Made by a program: the position numbers and the translations under genes. Shown here piece after piece: positions 15,800-19,748 of a DNA stretch of 19,748 bases. The stretch is from Deinococcales bacterium (GTDB lineage: Bacteria > Deinococcota > Deinococci > Deinococcales > JAAFIG01), in contig JAYWGM010000064.1 of NCBI GenBank assembly GCA_043778225.1, positions 1-19,748 of the forward strand, given 5' to 3'. The notes under the pieces were generated by a model. The model had not been told where the DNA came from, ran no database searches, and was given only the letters and a program-made list of their open reading frames with translations. Each line of letters starts with the position of its first letter. Within the stretch, counting starts at the first letter, position 1.

Positions 15800-15825
15800 A
15801 GTACAAGCAAGGCTGTTTTCAAAGG

Positions 15826-15831
15826 TAAACT
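15826..15831 (+). promoter_or_regulatory. Leaderless -10 box of hsdR
   Basis: TAAACT, 6 nt, ATG 15838, the same geometry as at glpX, the PqqD gene and the amidohydrolase. Confidence 0.6.
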
Positions 15832-15837
15832 AAGCAC

Positions 15838-18800
15838 ATGAATCTCGGTCAATCTGAACGTGCGACACAAAATCGTGTGATTGCTTTGTTCCGTCAAGAA
15901 CTTGGCTATCGGTACTTGGGCGATTGGTCTGACCGCGATAAAAACAGCAATCTCGAGGAGGGTCTGCTGATTGCTCATTTACAAAAATGTGGCTATTCGG
16001 CGGCGCTTATTTCGGGGGCGCTCTATAAATTACAGACCGAGGCAAGTCATCCTAATCGTGGTTTATACGAAAACAACAAAGCGGTTTATCAGCTTTTGCG
16101 CTATGGTGTGCAAGTCAAGGTTGCTGCTTCCCAAAACACCCAGACGGTGCATTTGATAGATTGGTTGCATCCTGAACTAAACGATTTTGCAATTGCCGAG
16201 GAAGTCACTTTGCGTGGGCATCGGCAACGCCGACCCGATATTGTGTTGTACTTAAATGGAATTGCCGTGGGTGTTCTCGAGTTAAAAAATAGCCGTGTTT
16301 CGATAGGCGATGGGATTCGGCAAAACATTTCTAATCAAAGCCCCGAATTTAACGAATGGTTTTTTTCGACGGTGCAATTTGTATTGGCGGGCAATGATTC
16401 CCAAGGGTTACGCTACGGCTCGATTAAAACCGAGGAAAAATTCTTTTTGACTTGGAAAGAAGACGAAACCGATAACTCGAGATTTAAGCTCGATAAATAC
16501 CTCTTAAAAATGGCTGATAAGTCGCGCTTGCTCGAGTTAATTTATGATTTTGTGTTGTTCGATGGCGGAGTTAAAAAATTGCCTCGGGTGCATCAGTATT
16601 TTGGGATTAAAGCTGCTCAGAGCCGAATTTTGGCGCGTCAGGGCGGAATTATTTGGCATACCCAAGGCAGTGGTAAAAGCATTGTTATGGTTTTATTAGC
16701 CAAGTGGATTCTCGAGCATAACCCACAAGCTCGAGTGGCGATTATTACCGACCGCGACGAATTAGATAAGCAAATCGAAGGTGTTTTTAGGGACGCTGGC
16801 GAAACGATTAAGCGCACCAGCAGCGCCCGCCAACTCATGCAGCAATTGGGGCAAGCAACACCGCGTTTGTTGTGTTCATTGGTGCATAAGTTTGGTCGTC
16901 AGGGCGTGGATGACTTTGAAGTCTTTATTAAAGAACTCGAGGCGCAGCCACCCTTTGTGGTCGGTCAGGTCTTTGTCTTTGTCGATGAGTGTCACCGCAC
17001 CCAAAGCGGCAAGCTCAATCGGGTGATGAAGGCACTGATGCCCAATGCGATTTTTATTGGCTTTACGGGAACGCCGCTCTTAAAAAAGGATAAACAAACC
17101 AGTTTGGAAGTCTTTGGTGGCTATATTCACACCTATAAATTCAGCGAAGCCGTCGAGGATAAAGTGGTGCTGGATTTAATTTACGAAGCCCGTGATATTG
17201 ACCAAAGCCTCGGTTCGGTGGACAAAATAGATGCTTGGTTTGATGCCAAGACGCGGGGCTTGAACGACTGGAAAAAAGATGAGTTAAAAAAGCAGTGGGG
17301 AACGATGCAAAAAGTCTTGAGTTCACGCTCGAGAATGGATCGGGTGGTCAGTGATATTGTGTTTGATTTTAGTATCAAACCGCGAATTTCCGAGGAACGC
17401 GGCACAGCTATTTTGGTGGCTTCGAGTATTTATGAAGCCTGTAAGTATTTTGAGTTGTTCCAAAAAACAGTCTTTAAGGGGCGCTGCGCCGTGATTACTT
17501 CGTACAATCCGCAATCCAAGGACATCGCGCTCGAGGACACGGGCGCAAACACCGAAACCGATAAGCAATTTATTTTTGAGACCTACACCAAGTTACTCGA
17601 GACGGTTGCTGCTACGCCCAACAGCACCAAAACCGAAACCTACGAAGAACAAGCCAAGCACCAATTTAAGTTCAGTCCAGCCAGCCTGAAATTGCTGATT
17701 GTGGTCGATAAATTACTGACTGGTTTTGATGCGCCTAGCTGCACCTATCTCTACATTGATAAGAGTATGCAAGACCACGGCTTATTCCAAGCCATTTGTC
17801 GCACCAATCGGCTGGATGGTGATGACAAAGAATTTGGCTATATTGTGGATTACAAGGATTTATTTAAGAAAGTTAAAAACGCCATTTCGGTCTATGCTTC
17901 CGAGTTAGACCACAGTGCTGGCGGGGTAGACCCCGAGGTGCTGCTGCAAAACCGTTTAAGCCTAGGGCGTGAACGCTTAGAAACCGCCCTCGAGACACTG
18001 GCGCTGCTTTGCGAACCGGTGAACCCACCTTCGGGCGAACTCGAGCATATACGTTACTTTTGTGGCAACACCGAAATCCCTGAGGACTTAAAAGCCACCG
18101 AAGCGCCTCGGATTGCTTTTTATAAAGCCGTGGTCTCGCTCTTGCGGGCATTTGCAAACATTGCCGATGAATTGCAGTCGGCAGGGTACTCGCCAAGCGA
18201 AATTGAGCGAATCAACCAAAAACTAAACCAGTACCTAAAACTGCGCGACACGATTCGCTTAGCCAGTGGTGAAATCCTCGATACAAAGTCTTATGAAGCC
18301 GATATGCGGCACTTAATAGACACCTACATCGAAGCCAAAGAACCCAGACGAATCTCGCCGTTTGAAACCATGCCGTTGCTCGAGGTAATTGCTAAACTGG
18401 GCATGAAACAAGCCCTAGAAGAAATGCCCAACGGGATAAAAGGCAACCAAGAAGCGATTGCCGAAACCATCGAGAACAATGTGCGCCGTAAAATCATTAA
18501 AGAACACCTGAGTGACCCAGCTTTTTTTGAGAAAATGTCGGCGTTGCTCGATGAAATTATTGCCAACCGCCGAGCCAAAGCCCTCGAGTACGAAAGTTAT
18601 TTACAGCAGATTGCCGAATTGGTCAAAAAAGTGCTGACTGGCTTTGCCGAAAACACCCCAAAGCGCATTAACACCCCAGCTTTACGGGCTTTGTACAGCA
18701 ACCTTGGGCAGAACGAAGAACTTGCGCTTGAGGTGCATAAAGCGGTTCAACACATCCGCCCTGACGACTGGCGCGGCATTAGAACCCGCGAGAACGTAAT

Positions 18801-18888
18801 CAAAGCAGCGTTGCTGCCGCTTCTTGGTCATCAAAGCGAAGTTGAACGGGTGTTCTTACTGCTTGTCTCGCAGACCGGAGAATACTGA
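15838..18888 (+). CDS. hsdR: Type I restriction endonuclease subunit R
   Basis: Nuclease motif RPDIVLYLNG...ELK, Walker A HTQGSGKS, DECH, FTGTP, LLTGFDAP and QAICRTNR. Confidence 0.97.
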   Translation: MNLGQSERATQNRVIALFRQELGYRYLGDWSDRDKNSNLEEGLLIAHLQKCGYSAALISGALYKLQTEASHPNRGLYENNKAVYQLLRYGVQVKVAASQNTQTVHLIDWLHPELNDFAIAEEVTLRGHRQRRPDIVLYLNGIAVGVLELKNSRVSIGDGIRQNISNQSPEFNEWFFSTVQFVLAGNDSQGLRYGSIKTEEKFFLTWKEDETDNSRFKLDKYLLKMADKSRLLELIYDFVLFDGGVKKLPRVHQYFGIKAAQSRILARQGGIIWHTQGSGKSIVMVLLAKWILEHNPQARVAIITDRDELDKQIEGVFRDAGETIKRTSSARQLMQQLGQATPRLLCSLVHKFGRQGVDDFEVFIKELEAQPPFVVGQVFVFVDECHRTQSGKLNRVMKALMPNAIFIGFTGTPLLKKDKQTSLEVFGGYIHTYKFSEAVEDKVVLDLIYEARDIDQSLGSVDKIDAWFDAKTRGLNDWKKDELKKQWGTMQKVLSSRSRMDRVVSDIVFDFSIKPRISEERGTAILVASSIYEACKYFELFQKTVFKGRCAVITSYNPQSKDIALEDTGANTETDKQFIFETYTKLLETVAATPNSTKTETYEEQAKHQFKFSPASLKLLIVVDKLLTGFDAPSCTYLYIDKSMQDHGLFQAICRTNRLDGDDKEFGYIVDYKDLFKKVKNAISVYASELDHSAGGVDPEVLLQNRLSLGRERLETALETLALLCEPVNPPSGELEHIRYFCGNTEIPEDLKATEAPRIAFYKAVVSLLRAFANIADELQSAGYSPSEIERINQKLNQYLKLRDTIRLASGEILDTKSYEADMRHLIDTYIEAKEPRRISPFETMPLLEVIAKLGMKQALEEMPNGIKGNQEAIAETIENNVRRKIIKEHLSDPAFFEKMSALLDEIIANRRAKALEYESYLQQIAELVKKVLTGFAENTPKRINTPALRALYSNLGQNEELALEVHKAVQHIRPDDWRGIRTRENVIKAALLPLLGHQSEVERVFLLLVSQTGEY

Positions 18889-19604
18889 TGGCATTTACTT
18901 TAGAGCTTTCAGACATCACCATCGAAGTGATTCAAAAAGACATTAAAAACATTCACCTCAGTGTTTTCCCACCAACCGGAACAGCCAAAATTGCCGCACC
19001 AGCCCACCTTAACCCAGAAACAATCCGCTTATTTGCGATTGGTAAGTTAGGTTGGATTAAACGCCAACAACAAAAACTTCGCAATCAAATCCGCGAAAGT
19101 CCACGCGATTACCTGACTCGAGAAAGCCATTATGTCTGGGGAAAGCGTTACTTGCTTAAAATCATCGAACAAGACAGCAGCCCAGCCGTGTTACTCGAGC
19201 ATAAAACCCTGGTCCTCAAATGTAAACCAGCCACCAGCCATGCCAAACGCGAAGCGATTCTAGCAGCTTGGTACAGAGAACTGATTAAAAGTGTGCTACC
19301 AACCCTAATCCAAAAATGGGAAGCGATTCTGGGCGTTCAAGTCAACAAAACCTTTATTCAACACATGAAAACCAAATGGGGAAGCTGCAAGGCGGCTCAA
19401 GGTAACATCAGACTCAACACCGAATTGGCAAAAAAACCACCAGAATGCCTCGAGTACATTCTGGTGCATGAAATGATTCACTTACTCGAGCCGACCCACA
19501 ACCAAAGATTTTTTGCCCTGATGGATGCCTTTATGCCCAATTGGCGAATCGAAAGGGACAAGCTAAACCACTTACCTGTTCGTCACGAACACTGGCAATA
19601 CTGA
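18888..19604 (+). CDS. M48/DUF45 (YgjP-like) metal-dependent hydrolase, commonly downstream of hsdR
   Basis: MKTKWGSC, YILVHEMIHLLEPTHNQRF (HExxH) and MPNW. TGATG overlap with the hsdR stop. Confidence 0.92.
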   Translation: MAFTLELSDITIEVIQKDIKNIHLSVFPPTGTAKIAAPAHLNPETIRLFAIGKLGWIKRQQQKLRNQIRESPRDYLTRESHYVWGKRYLLKIIEQDSSPAVLLEHKTLVLKCKPATSHAKREAILAAWYRELIKSVLPTLIQKWEAILGVQVNKTFIQHMKTKWGSCKAAQGNIRLNTELAKKPPECLEYILVHEMIHLLEPTHNQRFFALMDAFMPNWRIERDKLNHLPVRHEHWQY

Positions 19605-19748
19605 TGGTGCAGTTCCGTGGAACTAGCCCATTTGGGAACCCTTTCGTTAGTTATACCAAATTGAGGAAGTTCGTAGAACTTCCCGACTAAAAGGAGTATC
19701 AACAAATACCGTCTTTGACAGGTACGAAGCAATCCGCGTTTTTTGCGG

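Larger units (their letters stand above)
175..19490. repeat. Highly iterated palindrome CTCGAG dispersed through the window
   Basis: About 111 copies by manual count, first at 175-180 and last at 19485-19490, in coding and non-coding DNA and in all reading frames. Confidence 0.95.

Noticed and set aside
274..18578. Many short alternative-frame and antisense ORFs in the six-frame track
   Set aside because: They lie inside well-supported genes and lack motifs or start signals.
18888..19604. M48/YgjP gene as a novel partner of the type I system
   Set aside because: This association with hsdR is common and already known.

Overview
Bacterial chromosomal window, probably Deinococcota. This is inferred from the maf-mreC-mreD order and from many genes with a TANNNT -10 box 5-7 nt before the start codon, which implies leaderless mRNAs. 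The left part holds housekeeping genes (maf 3' end, mreC, mreD, glpX, an alpha/beta hydrolase), an NspV-like type II restriction-modification pair, a YtcJ-like amidohydrolase, an orphan PqqD/RRE plus HPr-kinase-like pair, and two DUF-type genes. The right part is a type I R-M locus (hsdM, hsdS, hsdR, M48/YgjP). It is interrupted by a palindrome-rich insert, a REP-carrying MITE with an 8-bp target duplication, and an AbiEi antitoxin whose toxin is reduced to a stub. The strongest unexplained signals are: (1) CTCGAG occurs about 110 times by manual count versus about 4-5 expected, a HIP1-like iterated palindrome, while no TTCGAA was found; (2) three operon junctions carry inserts bounded by duplicated stop/start junctions and bridged by overlapping relay ORFs; (3) the operator of the orphan AbiEi sits next to the divergent hsdR promoter. 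All counts and alignments were done by eye, and family assignments come from recalled motifs, not database searches.
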